64,000 nucleotides of DNA, taken from the NCBI RefSeq assembly GCF_000189555.1, contig NC_017276.1; one strand, 5' to 3'. How positions within the stretch are numbered: the first letter of the stretch is position 1; each line of letters opens with the position of its first letter. Below, in pieces: positions 30,750 through 40,525 of the stretch. The translations under genes and the position numbers were made by a program. Origin of the DNA: Saccharolobus islandicus REY15A. Its GTDB lineage: Archaea; Thermoproteota; Thermoprotei_A; Sulfolobales; Sulfolobaceae. The notes under the pieces are model-generated. The model was not told the DNA's origin and did no database searches. It worked only from the letters and a program-made list of their open reading frames with translations.

Positions 30750-31673
30750 ATGAAGATAAGTAATAGTTTTTTTCAAATTATTTTGATGTTATCAGAACAA
30801 TGCAATTTTAGGTGTTTTTATTGCTATGAAAGATTTTCTAATAATAAATTAAATGATTTGGATCAACGGATAATAAAATTTATTCATAAACTAGTAAATG
30901 ATTACGATATACATAGTATTGTTATGTCCTTTTTTGGCGGAGAACCCATGCTATATTATGATAAAATTATAAAAATTATGGAATATAATAATTCTATAGT
31001 AAATACATACGGTGATATGACTACAAATGGATATTTGCTTAGCATAGAAAAATTTGAAAAATTAGTAAAACTTAACGTAAGAGAGTATCAAATAACTTTT
31101 GACGGTTATAAGGATTATCATGATAAATTTAGAGTAACAGTAGGTAAAACCCCCACTTTTGATAGGATCTTCAAAAACATTATATCATATAAGAATGTAA
31201 AGAGTGATTTCAAAGTCAAAATAAGAATACACATACATAAAAATAATTCTTCATCAGTAAAAAAGCTTATAGACCTATTAGCAGATTATTTAGGTAATGA
31301 TAAAAGATACTCAATACTTATAAGATCCATATCGAAACTTGGAGGATCTAATGATGAGATGATATCGTTACCGAGTAGAGAAGAAGTAGAAGATGTACTA
31401 GCTTATGCTAAGTCAAAGGGACTCAGCATAGCTATGCCAATACATAACATCTGTTATGCATCTCTACCAAATTCAATAGTTATTAGGAGTGATGGAAAAA
31501 TATCTAAATGTACAGTAGATTTATACTCAGATAGAAATATAATAGGATATTTAGATAGTGATGGAAATCTAAGATTAGACCAAAATAAATTAAGATTTTG
31601 GACCAGAGGATTTTTTACGGGTGATTTAAAAGAGCTAAGATGCCCTCTTACTGGTGAGGACAATTATGATTGA
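30750..31673 (+). CDS. Radical SAM protein with Twitch/SPASM-like C-terminus (putative peptide maturase)
   Basis: CNFRCFYC (C18/C22/C25), FFGGEP, TTNG, QITFDG..HD..R; C-terminal CYASLPNSIVIRSDGKISKCT...RCP; RBS GGAGGTG. Confidence 0.92.
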   Translation: MKISNSFFQIILMLSEQCNFRCFYCYERFSNNKLNDLDQRIIKFIHKLVNDYDIHSIVMSFFGGEPMLYYDKIIKIMEYNNSIVNTYGDMTTNGYLLSIEKFEKLVKLNVREYQITFDGYKDYHDKFRVTVGKTPTFDRIFKNIISYKNVKSDFKVKIRIHIHKNNSSSVKKLIDLLADYLGNDKRYSILIRSISKLGGSNDEMISLPSREEVEDVLAYAKSKGLSIAMPIHNICYASLPNSIVIRSDGKISKCTVDLYSDRNIIGYLDSDGNLRLDQNKLRFWTRGFFTGDLKELRCPLTGEDNYD

Positions 31674-32169
31674 TGTTCATATAGTGTTTGGAGGAAATTT
31701 GGAAATAGGAATCCATAATATTGACAAAAAAGAAATATATGTGACTATAATTCCATTAATTCCCAATTTTTTCAAATTATTGGATTATAATTATAGAAGG
31801 GATTCTAAAGAAGTTTATTATAATTATAATTCTGAGAACAATTCTACATTAGAATTAATAAGAAAATATATAAATCAAAGTTTTAATATAGATGATCAAA
31901 TTGATAATATAATTGTTTCTGGTTCAGAAAGTTATTTCTTACAAAATCCTTTAGATATAAGTCTTACTATAATAAGGAAAATATTTGGAAATAACTACAA
32001 TAAAATTTATTATTATACACTATTAAATAAATTTATTGACTTTGATCAAATGGAATTAATTCAACTTTCTAATATTACCAATAAAGAAGTCTCAGTATAT
32101 TCATCTATTGTAGGTCCTCTGTTAAAAATAAGAAGTATGAGGCTTGAACATAAAGTGATCCCAGTATGA
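31666..32169 (+). CDS. Orphan hypothetical protein in the radical SAM operon
   Basis: ATG 31666 overlaps the rSAM stop and follows GGTGAGG; its stop overlaps the MFS start (ATGA); N/I/Y-rich, no recognised motif. Confidence 0.7.
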   Translation: MIDVHIVFGGNLEIGIHNIDKKEIYVTIIPLIPNFFKLLDYNYRRDSKEVYYNYNSENNSTLELIRKYINQSFNIDDQIDNIIVSGSESYFLQNPLDISLTIIRKIFGNNYNKIYYYTLLNKFIDFDQMELIQLSNITNKEVSVYSSIVGPLLKIRSMRLEHKVIPV

Positions 32170-33329
32170 AAATAGCTAAGGAGATAATTAATGTAGTATT
32201 TTTGCTTACTCTTCTTAATTTCGTAAATGCGTTTATAGGATATTATTTTGTAATAAACACATATTTAGTTTATAATAACTTGGTAATCTCAGCGTTAGTA
32301 TTGATTCTATTGAACGCCCCGAATGTCTTCTCAATACCTCTACCCTACATTTTTAAGAGATTAAAAAGTGTAAAAATTAATGTAATAATATTCCCTCTAC
32401 TGGCCTTCCTTGTAATCTTCACTTTAAGTCTAGACTTGACACCGTTAGAAGAGATCCTTCTAATAGCTTTATTCGATTTCCTAATTTTAACAGTAATCAG
32501 ATCATTAGGATATTATGCAAGAACTTTACTAGACAAATACGGCGAATTCATAGATTATAATTCTATTCAGCAAATTTTCTTTTTAGGTGCTTCTATCATC
32601 GCGTTAATAATAGCGGGGCTATTTAATACATACTTGCCCAGAACTTATCTACCGATTATAGGATTCCCTCTATTGATAGTAGTCCTTTTATCCATGACAT
32701 TAAATGACGTTAAGATAACCCTCTCTTCCACCAATTCCTTTAAGGTATGGGTAAACTATATAAAGAGTAACCGCATATTTATGTTCTTAGAAACACGGGT
32801 ATATCCAGTTATGGCCTTAGCTAATGCATCGACCGTTTTGTTTCTCAAACTTGTTTACGTAAACAAGGAGACATTCCCAGAATACATTACTGTAGTCTTA
32901 GTAGTGAGTATATTAGCTCAGGCAATTGGTGCCATTATTGCCCTAAAGTGGAAGTCGGAGACTACGAGAAAATTCTTGCTCTTATCACTCCCTGCCATAT
33001 CAATTGAATATGTATTCCCCTTCATCCGTGGCGATTTAATAACTATTTCAGTTTTAACTTTCTTACAGTCAGTGCTTGTGGCTTATGTTTTCATCCATAT
33101 TAATTCTATTTATCAATATATTATTAATAAAGATGTTTATGTAAATGTCACAGTCACACAAGCAGTTTTAACACAAGTCTCAATATTTATAGTGAGCACT
33201 TTAGTATCGGTAATAGCTACTGTCGTGGGGATCACATATACTTATATAGGTAATGCGACAATAATGCTACTAATAGTGCTATTTACAATATTCTCCAATA
33301 CCATAAAAGATATAAAGGCAAAAGATTAA
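32166..33329 (+). CDS. MFS-type transporter, probable exporter of the rSAM operon
   Basis: 387 aa with about 11-12 hydrophobic segments; translationally coupled to the preceding gene. Confidence 0.8.
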   Translation: MKIAKEIINVVFLLTLLNFVNAFIGYYFVINTYLVYNNLVISALVLILLNAPNVFSIPLPYIFKRLKSVKINVIIFPLLAFLVIFTLSLDLTPLEEILLIALFDFLILTVIRSLGYYARTLLDKYGEFIDYNSIQQIFFLGASIIALIIAGLFNTYLPRTYLPIIGFPLLIVVLLSMTLNDVKITLSSTNSFKVWVNYIKSNRIFMFLETRVYPVMALANASTVLFLKLVYVNKETFPEYITVVLVVSILAQAIGAIIALKWKSETTRKFLLLSLPAISIEYVFPFIRGDLITISVLTFLQSVLVAYVFIHINSIYQYIINKDVYVNVTVTQAVLTQVSIFIVSTLVSVIATVVGITYTYIGNATIMLLIVLFTIFSNTIKDIKAKD

Positions 33330-33626
33330 CGTAAGTTACAAGCGGATAAAGAAATTAAAGATCAGAGCTTTATTAGATCCCTCAATTTTCTCAGAACTTA
33401 AACTCATAAATTTTGCTTAAATTCAAAATCAAGCGTTAGATTAAAGGAATGTTTAACGTTAGAATTGATGAAAATTGAAGAAATCCATAAAGCACTGAAA
33501 GCGTTAATGGGTGCAATTATAGGATAGCATTTTGCATAACATCTTAGCATGCGGGATTTTGGAATAAGTTAGTATTACTTATAGAATATAAATCTTTCCC
33601 TTTAAAATCTGACAAAGTACAAAAAA

Positions 33627-34064
33627 TTACCAAATAATTTCTATCCCTAACTTCCTCGCAACTAGAGTGAGATCTTTATCTCCAGTTATTATTCCTACAC
33701 CTAATTTCTTAGCTAAATGAATTATTGTAGAGTCAACTATGCTTAACCTTCTTCCATTCATTTCCTTTGCCAAGATGTCATCACCCTCCTTCTTAATTTT
33801 AGCACTGTCAATAAAATCGTCAGAAGTCAACTCATTAACCTTGAAATAAGTGAAAAGAAATGTTCTGGCTTCATCTATGGACTTAAGGGAGGGAATTCTA
33901 CTCCTAAGCCAATGCACAATAAATTCAAAAACTACGGTAGAAGGGATTACCCCCTCATATAGACCGCTCCTTATACCAGACATAACCTCCTCTCCCCTCT
34001 TCGTTAACTCACCATATGCCATTGCCAAGATAGCATAAGTATCAACTATTATGCTCTTTTCCAA
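33627..34064 (-). CDS. vapC: PIN-domain toxin
   Basis: IIVDTYA, E in STVVFEF, LSIVD, TGDKDL acidic tetrad. Confidence 0.9.
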   Translation of the reverse strand: MEKSIIVDTYAILAMAYGELTKRGEEVMSGIRSGLYEGVIPSTVVFEFIVHWLRSRIPSLKSIDEARTFLFTYFKVNELTSDDFIDSAKIKKEGDDILAKEMNGRRLSIVDSTIIHLAKKLGVGIITGDKDLTLVARKLGIEIIW

Positions 34065-34282
34065 AATTCCTCTTCCTCCTCATCTAATTCCCTTTCAGCA
34101 TCTTCTGAAGACCCCTTACAACATTTCCACACCTTATCCCATAGATCTATTTTCTCAATAATTATCTTACCTCCCTCTACTCTCATCTTAACAATATCGC
34201 CCTCATTAATTCTGACCTCTTCTCTTATCGCCTTAGGAACTACTATAATACCCTTCTTATTAACCTTTACCCTAACTTCCAT
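34049..34282 (-). CDS. vapB: AbrB/MazE-type antitoxin
   Basis: VKVNKKGIIVVPKAIR swapped-hairpin motif, acidic tail, overlaps the vapC start. Confidence 0.88.
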   Translation of the reverse strand: MEVRVKVNKKGIIVVPKAIREEVRINEGDIVKMRVEGGKIIIEKIDLWDKVWKCCKGSSEDAERELDEEEEEFWKRA

Positions 34283-34415
34283 AATTTTAACTCATAAGTT
34301 AAACTAATAAGTTTAACCCCTTTCATACAATAGAAGTAATAAAAGGGTAAAGCCGTTGCAAACAGTTTCCGATGAACCGTAAAGTTTATATTATTTCATC
34401 ATAAACTCTTATACA

Positions 34416-35000
34416 ATGCTAAGACCTAAAGAAGTATGCCAACGCTTAGGAATATCCTATGCAACGCTTAGAGAATACGTAAAGAAGGGTTATATCAAAC
34501 CAGTAATACTACAGAGCGGGAAGTGGAGGTTCAGAGAAGAGGACATAGAAAAGCTGATGGGGATTGTTAGAAAGAGGAAAGTGATCCTTTATGCTAGGGT
34601 ATCATCAAACACACAAAAAGACGACTTGGTAAACCAGGTAAAATATTTACAAGAGCAAGTAAAGGACTACGACCAAGTAATAACTGACGTAGGTTCTGGG
34701 TTAAACATGAAAAGGAAGGGATTCCTCAAGTTGTTGAGGATGATACTAAACAACGAAGTATCAAAAGTAGTCATAGCTTACCCAGACAGACTGGTTAGGT
34801 TTGGTTTCGAGATAATAGAAGAAGTATGCAAAGCACACAACTGCGAAATAGTAGTTCTTAATAGGGAGGACAAAACACCAGAACAAGAGTTGATAGAGGA
34901 TCTGATCTCAATCCTAGTATCATTCAGTGAAAAACTCTACGGAATGAGGAGTCACAAATACGAAAAGGTGAAGAAGTGTGTCGAAGAACTTAAGAATTAA
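34416..35000 (+). CDS. tnpA: IS607 serine recombinase (TnpA)
   Basis: N-terminal MerR-like HTH, YARVSS catalytic motif, DVGSG, DRLVRFG. Confidence 0.92.
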   Translation: MLRPKEVCQRLGISYATLREYVKKGYIKPVILQSGKWRFREEDIEKLMGIVRKRKVILYARVSSNTQKDDLVNQVKYLQEQVKDYDQVITDVGSGLNMKRKGFLKLLRMILNNEVSKVVIAYPDRLVRFGFEIIEEVCKAHNCEIVVLNREDKTPEQELIEDLISILVSFSEKLYGMRSHKYEKVKKCVEELKN

Positions 35001-35180
35001 ATCATTCAAACCAGAGGAGGAGTACATTTACCTAACTTACTCCATAAAGAACAACAAGAGGGAGGAGACGAAAATACTACTGGAGAACTACAGAGTCCTA
35101 CTACAGAAAGCATTAGACTGGTTATGGGAGAGGGTGAAGGTAGAGAGAAAAGAAGTGAAGAAGGGTAAGAAAGTACTCAC
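34978..35180 (+). pseudogene. tnpB: 5' fragment of tnpB, cut by the IS630 insertion
   Basis: Overlaps the tnpA end; about 68 codons before the TA target; no RuvC or zinc-finger region remains after the insertion. Confidence 0.75.
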
Positions 35181-35182
35181 TA

Positions 35183-36223
35183 GTATTTCCGAAAAGTTTA
35201 TAGCCTAGTATTACCAAATTGAATTATGCAAGATTTAGTTAAAGCTTACGAGGAAGAGAAGGACGCGAGGATTAAGGAGAGGATTCTTGCGGTGAAGCTG
35301 CATGTGGTTGACGGTAAATCGGAGAAAGAAGTTTCGAAAATGCTGAACAAGGGTTATTCCACAATAAAATTGTGGGTTGGCAAGTACAAGAAAGAAGGTC
35401 TTGACGGACTAAGAGACAAACCTAGATCAGGAAGACCGAGAAAAGCTGAGAAAGAAAAAATAAAACAAATACTAGAAGACCAGCCTCAAAAATACGGAAT
35501 ACAAGAAGAGTACTGGACAATGAGAACACTAAAAATAGCACTACTACAACAAGGAATAGAGTACAAGAAATCCAGGCTATACGAGATAGTTCACGAACTA
35601 GGATACAATCTAGTAAAACCTAGGCCTACTAACGTTCAAGCAAGAAAGGACATGTGGGAAGACTTTAAAAAAAATAAAGAAGTTGGAAGAAGAGGCTCTC
35701 TTCTTTCCAGACGAGAGTAGGGCAGTAATTAGCACGTCGATCCGGAAGGTTTTAAGATTGGTAGTAAGCCCGTAATGCACGTCAATATAGGTTTTTCTTC
35801 GATCTATGTCATTCTTGCTGTAAACGCTTGGACTGGTGAAGTAGTTGTTTCTCTTGTTAGGAGGCCTAATTCTGAGTCTGTTAAGTACTTCTTGAGGTAC
35901 TTTAAGAGACGTTTTGGTAGTGGAAGGGTCTACATGGTTATGGATAATTATTCTCCTCACAAGACTAAGGGTACGCTTGAGGTTTGTCGTAGGAAGGGCA
36001 TTCATCCCATATTTACTCCTCCTTATTCGCCCGAGCTTAACATGGCCGAGGCAGTCTTCAAGTCCCTCAAGGAATACATGAGCAATAAAATATTTTATAC
36101 GATAGAAGACGTTAAAAACTGTATTAAGCAGTTCTTTGAGGAAAATAAGTATAAGTTTAATCTTAATGCAATAACATACTTAGAATTAGATAAAACTGAA
36201 CGCTAAGAACTTCCCGGAAATAC
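35183..36223 (+). mobile_element. IS630 family IS (ISC1048-like)
   Basis: 16-bp IR GTATTTCCGAAAAGTT / AACTTCCCGGAAATAC (2 mismatches), TA on both sides (35181-35182, 36224-36225), 1041 bp. Confidence 0.9.
35226..36206 (+). pseudogene. IS630 transposase with a -1 frameshift site and an extra, probably inactivating, frameshift
   Basis: HTH ORF (GRPRK); slippery TTTAAAAAAAAT near 35664; the -1 frame carries DES but stops near 35775; MDNYSPHK and YSPELNMAE are in another frame. Confidence 0.8.
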
Positions 36224-36328
36224 TAACTATGCTTGAAGTTCAACCGAAAGATTTTATCATTGAACGCCACAAAGCATCCGATATAAAAACCCTTCTAAAG
36301 AAAATCGAGCCTAGTCTACACTACTTGA

Positions 36329-37087
36329 TCAGCTTGAGGGGTATATTATTTCTATTCCCATATCCTTAGCCATTGCCTTAACTCTTTCAGGATATCTATC
36401 GTGAATAAATGGTGTTACAACATAAACTAAATTAACCTTAATATTCTTAACTTTTTCATAGAACTCCTTCTTCCTCTTTATTGTTGGTAAGTCCCCTCTT
36501 TTTAAAGAGGAAGTGATTTCAACCAATATAACACTACCGTCTTTAATTACAATATCATATTCAACATCAGAAGGCTCATCATAAACATATCCACCCCTAT
36601 CATAAAGCACTTCCCTAGGAACCTTCCAACCACTATTACTCAAAAGCTCACCAATTCCTTGCCTAAAGGAATCCTCATTCATAATTCCCCATCTAGCCCC
36701 AAGACCGGTAATAATAGTTTCTAATCTCTTCAAGTCTTCTTTTGTGGCCATGGTCTTTAGATCCTCCTTAGTGACCATTCCCTTCAACTCTTCTTTTGTG
36801 GCAATCACGTTCTTAATTTCCTCTAACTCTTGCTTAGTAGCCATTATTTTCTTGGTTTCCTCAATCTCCTTGTCTAGTCTTTCAATATCTTGCTTAGTAG
36901 CCATCGTGTTCTTAATTTCATTTATAGTCCTATCTAGTCTTTCAATATCTTGCTTAGTAGCCAAGTTTTGCCACGGAGTTATCCTAGCTAAAACCTGATA
37001 AACTATCTCTGGTTTAGCAGTTAGAACGTCCACTAATATCGATGGATTATTAAGCAGTACTTTTTTAATTTCTTCTTCTAAACTCAC
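36329..37087 (-). CDS. DUF3782-type PD-(D/E)XK nuclease-domain protein with coiled-coil repeats
   Basis: ATKQDIERL / ATKEDLK repeats, LGARWG, VEYDIV...VEITSS. Confidence 0.8.
   Translation of the reverse strand: MSLEEEIKKVLLNNPSILVDVLTAKPEIVYQVLARITPWQNLATKQDIERLDRTINEIKNTMATKQDIERLDKEIEETKKIMATKQELEEIKNVIATKEELKGMVTKEDLKTMATKEDLKRLETIITGLGARWGIMNEDSFRQGIGELLSNSGWKVPREVLYDRGGYVYDEPSDVEYDIVIKDGSVILVEITSSLKRGDLPTIKRKKEFYEKVKNIKVNLVYVVTPFIHDRYPERVKAMAKDMGIEIIYPSS
36873..36963. repeat. Exact 31-bp direct repeat with 60-bp spacing inside the DUF3782-type gene
   Basis: TCTAGTCTTTCAATATCTTGCTTAGTAGCCA at 36873-36903 and 36933-36963. Confidence 0.9.
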
Positions 37088-37138
37088 ATATTAAATTACT
37101 CTTATAATAATTTAAATCTAACTTAAGAGGCTTTTAAC

Positions 37139-37450
37139 TGAATCCTCACCGCCTCATACAAGTTCCTCCATGAGGGGTTCATTGTTCCCAACATCGATTC
37201 ACGATCTCATTTGGTGGGAAGTCGGGGTAGACAGAAAGCCATAACTGAGGGGATCCATCATCCACGTTGTCTGGATCCCGTGAAAGGGAAAATGATACTT
37301 TTTGCTCCTCCCTCAGTCTCATTAAGCCCTCAATCGGGCTGGAGAAGAGCAGTACTAACATCACTAGAAGATATCTCGACAAAAGGGTATTTAAATATAG
37401 AGGCTATCCATCTCCTTGGGTGAAGTTTTCCACCCCTTAACCATTACTTT
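37139..37450 (-). mobile_element. Degenerate non-autonomous IS605/IS1341-derived element (312 bp)
   Basis: On the minus strand preceded by TTAC, left end GGTTAAGGGGTGGAAAAC...GATGGATAGCC, ends in TTCAG; clearly homologous to 59066-59401. Confidence 0.75.
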
Positions 37451-37503
37451 GTAAGGTAGTTTATTTTTTAAATATAAATTTTAATAAGACAAAAAACAAG
37501 ATC

Positions 37504-39561
37504 TCATTGTTCTATAATATCCCAAGGATATATTGGAGTTTTATTGAACTTTTTATGTGTGATTTTCTCTAGGGCCAGAAACACAGCAGGTAAAGCACCA
37601 GTAGTACCTGCTTCTCCTACTCCTCTGCTTTTAGCAGATGTTACAGATGGATATTCAACCTCATTGACATAAATCTTATAATTCGCTTCGACAGCAGTTG
37701 GAACTCCACAGTCTGCAATTGACGAGAATAGTGGATTTCCATTTTCATCATACGGCGCGTGCTCCCATAATACTTGTGAAATGCCTTGTAATACCCCACC
37801 AATAATTTGACCTTCAACTTCTTCTTTTATCAATGTTCTACCTACGTCATCCACAGCATAGTATTCAAGGACCTTAACGAACCCAGTATCTTTATCTACG
37901 TCAACAACCGCCACATGAGAACCAGGAGAAAATATATCATCTGACTTATAGAATACCTCGGCCTCTACACCATTTATCTCCTTTAGCGCTTTCTCTATAG
38001 GCATATTAATTTTACTCAATAATTGCTTGCAAGCTTCGATAACTGCTGAACCTCCTGCAGTTGCACTTCTAGAACCGAAACTCCCTATTCCTTCTTTTAC
38101 TCCATCAGTTGTGTTGGTAATTACTTCAATCAAATCTTGAGGAACTCCCAATATCTCTGAAGCTAATTTCGAAAAAGTATCACCATGAGCTTGACCATGT
38201 GGCCCTGTCCCCACAAAGATCTTAATTTTTCCATTCTCTATTCTCACTCTTGCACCTTCTCCCGGAGATAATCTTACAATATCTGTAAATACTGTTATTG
38301 ATACTCCCTTACCCTTGTAAACCTCCCTAGCTTTCCTATAATACTTCTCAGCCTCATTCAACACTTGATTATAACCAGCAGGATCAATCTTAACGCCTAA
38401 AGGCGTAACATAACCATTATCACCGATCAAATTCTTCCTCCTAATCTCAACAGGGTCCATACCTAATTCATTAGCCAAATCCTCAACAAGGGTCTCATGA
38501 ATTAACGCAGCCTCTGGTCTACCAGCACCCCTGTAGGGACCAGTGGGAGGCAAGTTTGTGAATATTCCGTAAGCTCTTATTGACGTAAACTTCATTTTAT
38601 AGGGTCCGGTAAGTAATTGAGCTATGAATGCTGGGGTGGTAGGATTTAATGTATAATTATACGCACCTAAATCTACAGCTATATAACCTTCTATTCCTAG
38701 TATTTCACCTTGTTTAGTAGCATACATTTTGATATCAGAGAGAACTCCTCTTCCAACAGTAGGATTTTTTAAGTGCTCATATCTAGTCTCTATCCACTTT
38801 ACTGGTCTGCCTAATTTCATGGACGCAATAGAAGCTATTACATACTCAGGATGAGCTGGTACTTTATTTCCAAATCCTCCTCCAACGTTTTGCGGAGAAT
38901 ATACTCTAATTTTTTCTGGTGGTAAGTTTAGGGCTTCCCTTAAATCATTCTTTACTCTAAAAGAGGATTGGAATGAGCCATATATGTTTAAATGCTCTCC
39001 ATCCCAGAATGCTATAATCCCTTTAGGCTCCATAGGATTTGAAATTATCCTAGTTTGGTTTATCTTTCTACTCACTATAATTTCTGCTCTTTTCTTAGCA
39101 GATAATTCCCCTCCTTCTAACAGTTTATCTACAGAGATGTTTCTTTTAGCCCCAGAATGTATCTCATCATTACTGTTCATAGCCTTTTCTATGTTAATAA
39201 TTGGTTTAAGTTCCTCGTATTCTATTGATACCTCATCTGTAATGTCCTCAATCTCATATCTGTCTTCTACTACATAGGCTAAGACTGGCTGTCCAACGAA
39301 ATTTACTTTACCATCAGCAAGTATAGGCATTTTCACTATATTGGATTGCTTTAGTGTCTCTGGGTCAGCTCTTACTGGCATGTAAATCTTCGCATCTTCC
39401 CATGTTAGAGTGAGCAGAGCTTTTTCTGGTTTTGATATACTCTTTATAATACCTCTGGCTATGGGTGATCTAACTATACCTAAGTAGACTGTATTCATAG
39501 GGTTAAGGTCATCAATATACATTCCTTTTCCACTTATTTTCGGAAGATCTTCTTTTATCAT
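37504..39561 (-). CDS. Xanthine dehydrogenase family molybdopterin-binding (CutA/CoxL-like) large subunit
   Basis: [43 protein letters not shown]. Lacks the VAYxCSFR loop of true CO dehydrogenase. Confidence 0.9.
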   Translation of the reverse strand: MIKEDLPKISGKGMYIDDLNPMNTVYLGIVRSPIARGIIKSISKPEKALLTLTWEDAKIYMPVRADPETLKQSNIVKMPILADGKVNFVGQPVLAYVVEDRYEIEDITDEVSIEYEELKPIINIEKAMNSNDEIHSGAKRNISVDKLLEGGELSAKKRAEIIVSRKINQTRIISNPMEPKGIIAFWDGEHLNIYGSFQSSFRVKNDLREALNLPPEKIRVYSPQNVGGGFGNKVPAHPEYVIASIASMKLGRPVKWIETRYEHLKNPTVGRGVLSDIKMYATKQGEILGIEGYIAVDLGAYNYTLNPTTPAFIAQLLTGPYKMKFTSIRAYGIFTNLPPTGPYRGAGRPEAALIHETLVEDLANELGMDPVEIRRKNLIGDNGYVTPLGVKIDPAGYNQVLNEAEKYYRKAREVYKGKGVSITVFTDIVRLSPGEGARVRIENGKIKIFVGTGPHGQAHGDTFSKLASEILGVPQDLIEVITNTTDGVKEGIGSFGSRSATAGGSAVIEACKQLLSKINMPIEKALKEINGVEAEVFYKSDDIFSPGSHVAVVDVDKDTGFVKVLEYYAVDDVGRTLIKEEVEGQIIGGVLQGISQVLWEHAPYDENGNPLFSSIADCGVPTAVEANYKIYVNEVEYPSVTSAKSRGVGEAGTTGALPAVFLALEKITHKKFNKTPIYPWDIIEQ

Positions 39562-39664
39562 TGCTAGAACATTATCGTTTACTGCTTAATAGTTTTTCCT
39601 AAAACTAGTGCGATAAAACTAGTTTGATTAAACACATATCTACCTCTACTAGTAATGAGAATAT

Positions 39665-40525
39665 ATGGCTAAATATGTTTCATTTTACGTAGGTAACCTT
39701 AGGAAGATAGGCGTAGTTGAAGGAAACTACGTCTATGAGGTTTCTGAAATTGGTGAGGATAAGGAAAGAGGAAATTCTTATAAATTAAATGAAATAAATT
39801 TAGATATTCCAATACAACCGTTAGCAATAATATGTACATTAGTAAATTCTCCAAAAATGGTTGGAGTTGATAACAAAAATGAGGCTAGGGAAATGGTGAA
39901 AAGTCCGAAATTTTTCATTAAACTCCCTACTGTGGCAATTGCTCATAGACAACCTATTATATCGCCCCCGGATGCTATAAGACCTGAGGTAGAAATTGGT
40001 ATTATTACTAGATTAAAAATGAAAGACATAAGTAGAAGTGATGTTAAGAAATATATCTTAGGATATACAGTATTTAATGATATAACTTATCCTCCAGGCC
40101 TAAAGGAGGATTCGTATTATGCTATGCGAAGAGACCCTACAGATGGTAATGTTAAGAAGTTATTAATGAGAGGTACTCATTTTAGAAATAAAGTTAGAGA
40201 TACTTTTGCCCCAATGGGACCATATATTGTAACCGAGGAGGAGATAGGCGATGTTAACTCCTTAAGGATGAGAAGTTATTACAATGGCGAATTAGTACAA
40301 GATGGATATTCAAGTGAATTTATATTCTCTATAGAAGAAATATTGGTAGAGCTTTCTAAAATCGTTACAATTCCCCCGTTTAGTGTTGTATCGACTGGAA
40401 GTATTGGTTATACTAACGTTTCTGACGCTTCCGAGTTTACCCTAAAGCCAATTGAAAATGCATTAATGGTAGCTGAAGTCGAGAAGATAGGTAGGTTAGA
40501 GAATCCCATAAAAATTTACCAATAA
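39665..40525 (+). CDS. Fumarylacetoacetate hydrolase family protein
   Basis: [36 protein letters not shown]. Confidence 0.88.
   Translation: MAKYVSFYVGNLRKIGVVEGNYVYEVSEIGEDKERGNSYKLNEINLDIPIQPLAIICTLVNSPKMVGVDNKNEAREMVKSPKFFIKLPTVAIAHRQPIISPPDAIRPEVEIGIITRLKMKDISRSDVKKYILGYTVFNDITYPPGLKEDSYYAMRRDPTDGNVKKLLMRGTHFRNKVRDTFAPMGPYIVTEEEIGDVNSLRMRSYYNGELVQDGYSSEFIFSIEEILVELSKIVTIPPFSVVSTGSIGYTNVSDASEFTLKPIENALMVAEVEKIGRLENPIKIYQ

Larger units (their letters stand above)
34350..36326 (+). mobile_element. IS607 family element (ISC1904/ISC1913-like), tnpB mostly deleted, with a nested IS630
   Basis: tnpA plus the start of tnpB, then IS630, then only ~100 bp of putative right end. Boundaries approximate. 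Confidence 0.75.

Noticed and set aside
36740-36963. Periodic repeats as a possible CRISPR array
   Set aside because: Only two exact units, in-frame coding repeats with homologous spacers; no cas genes.
37179-37423. ORFs inside the 37139-37450 element, and likewise 59017..59214
   Set aside because: Fall within non-autonomous IS605-derived sequence; at most tnpB tail remnants.
37504-39561. Aerobic CO dehydrogenase (coxL) call
   Set aside because: Active-site loop is GPYRGAGR, not AYxCSFR, and no medium or small subunit is adjacent.
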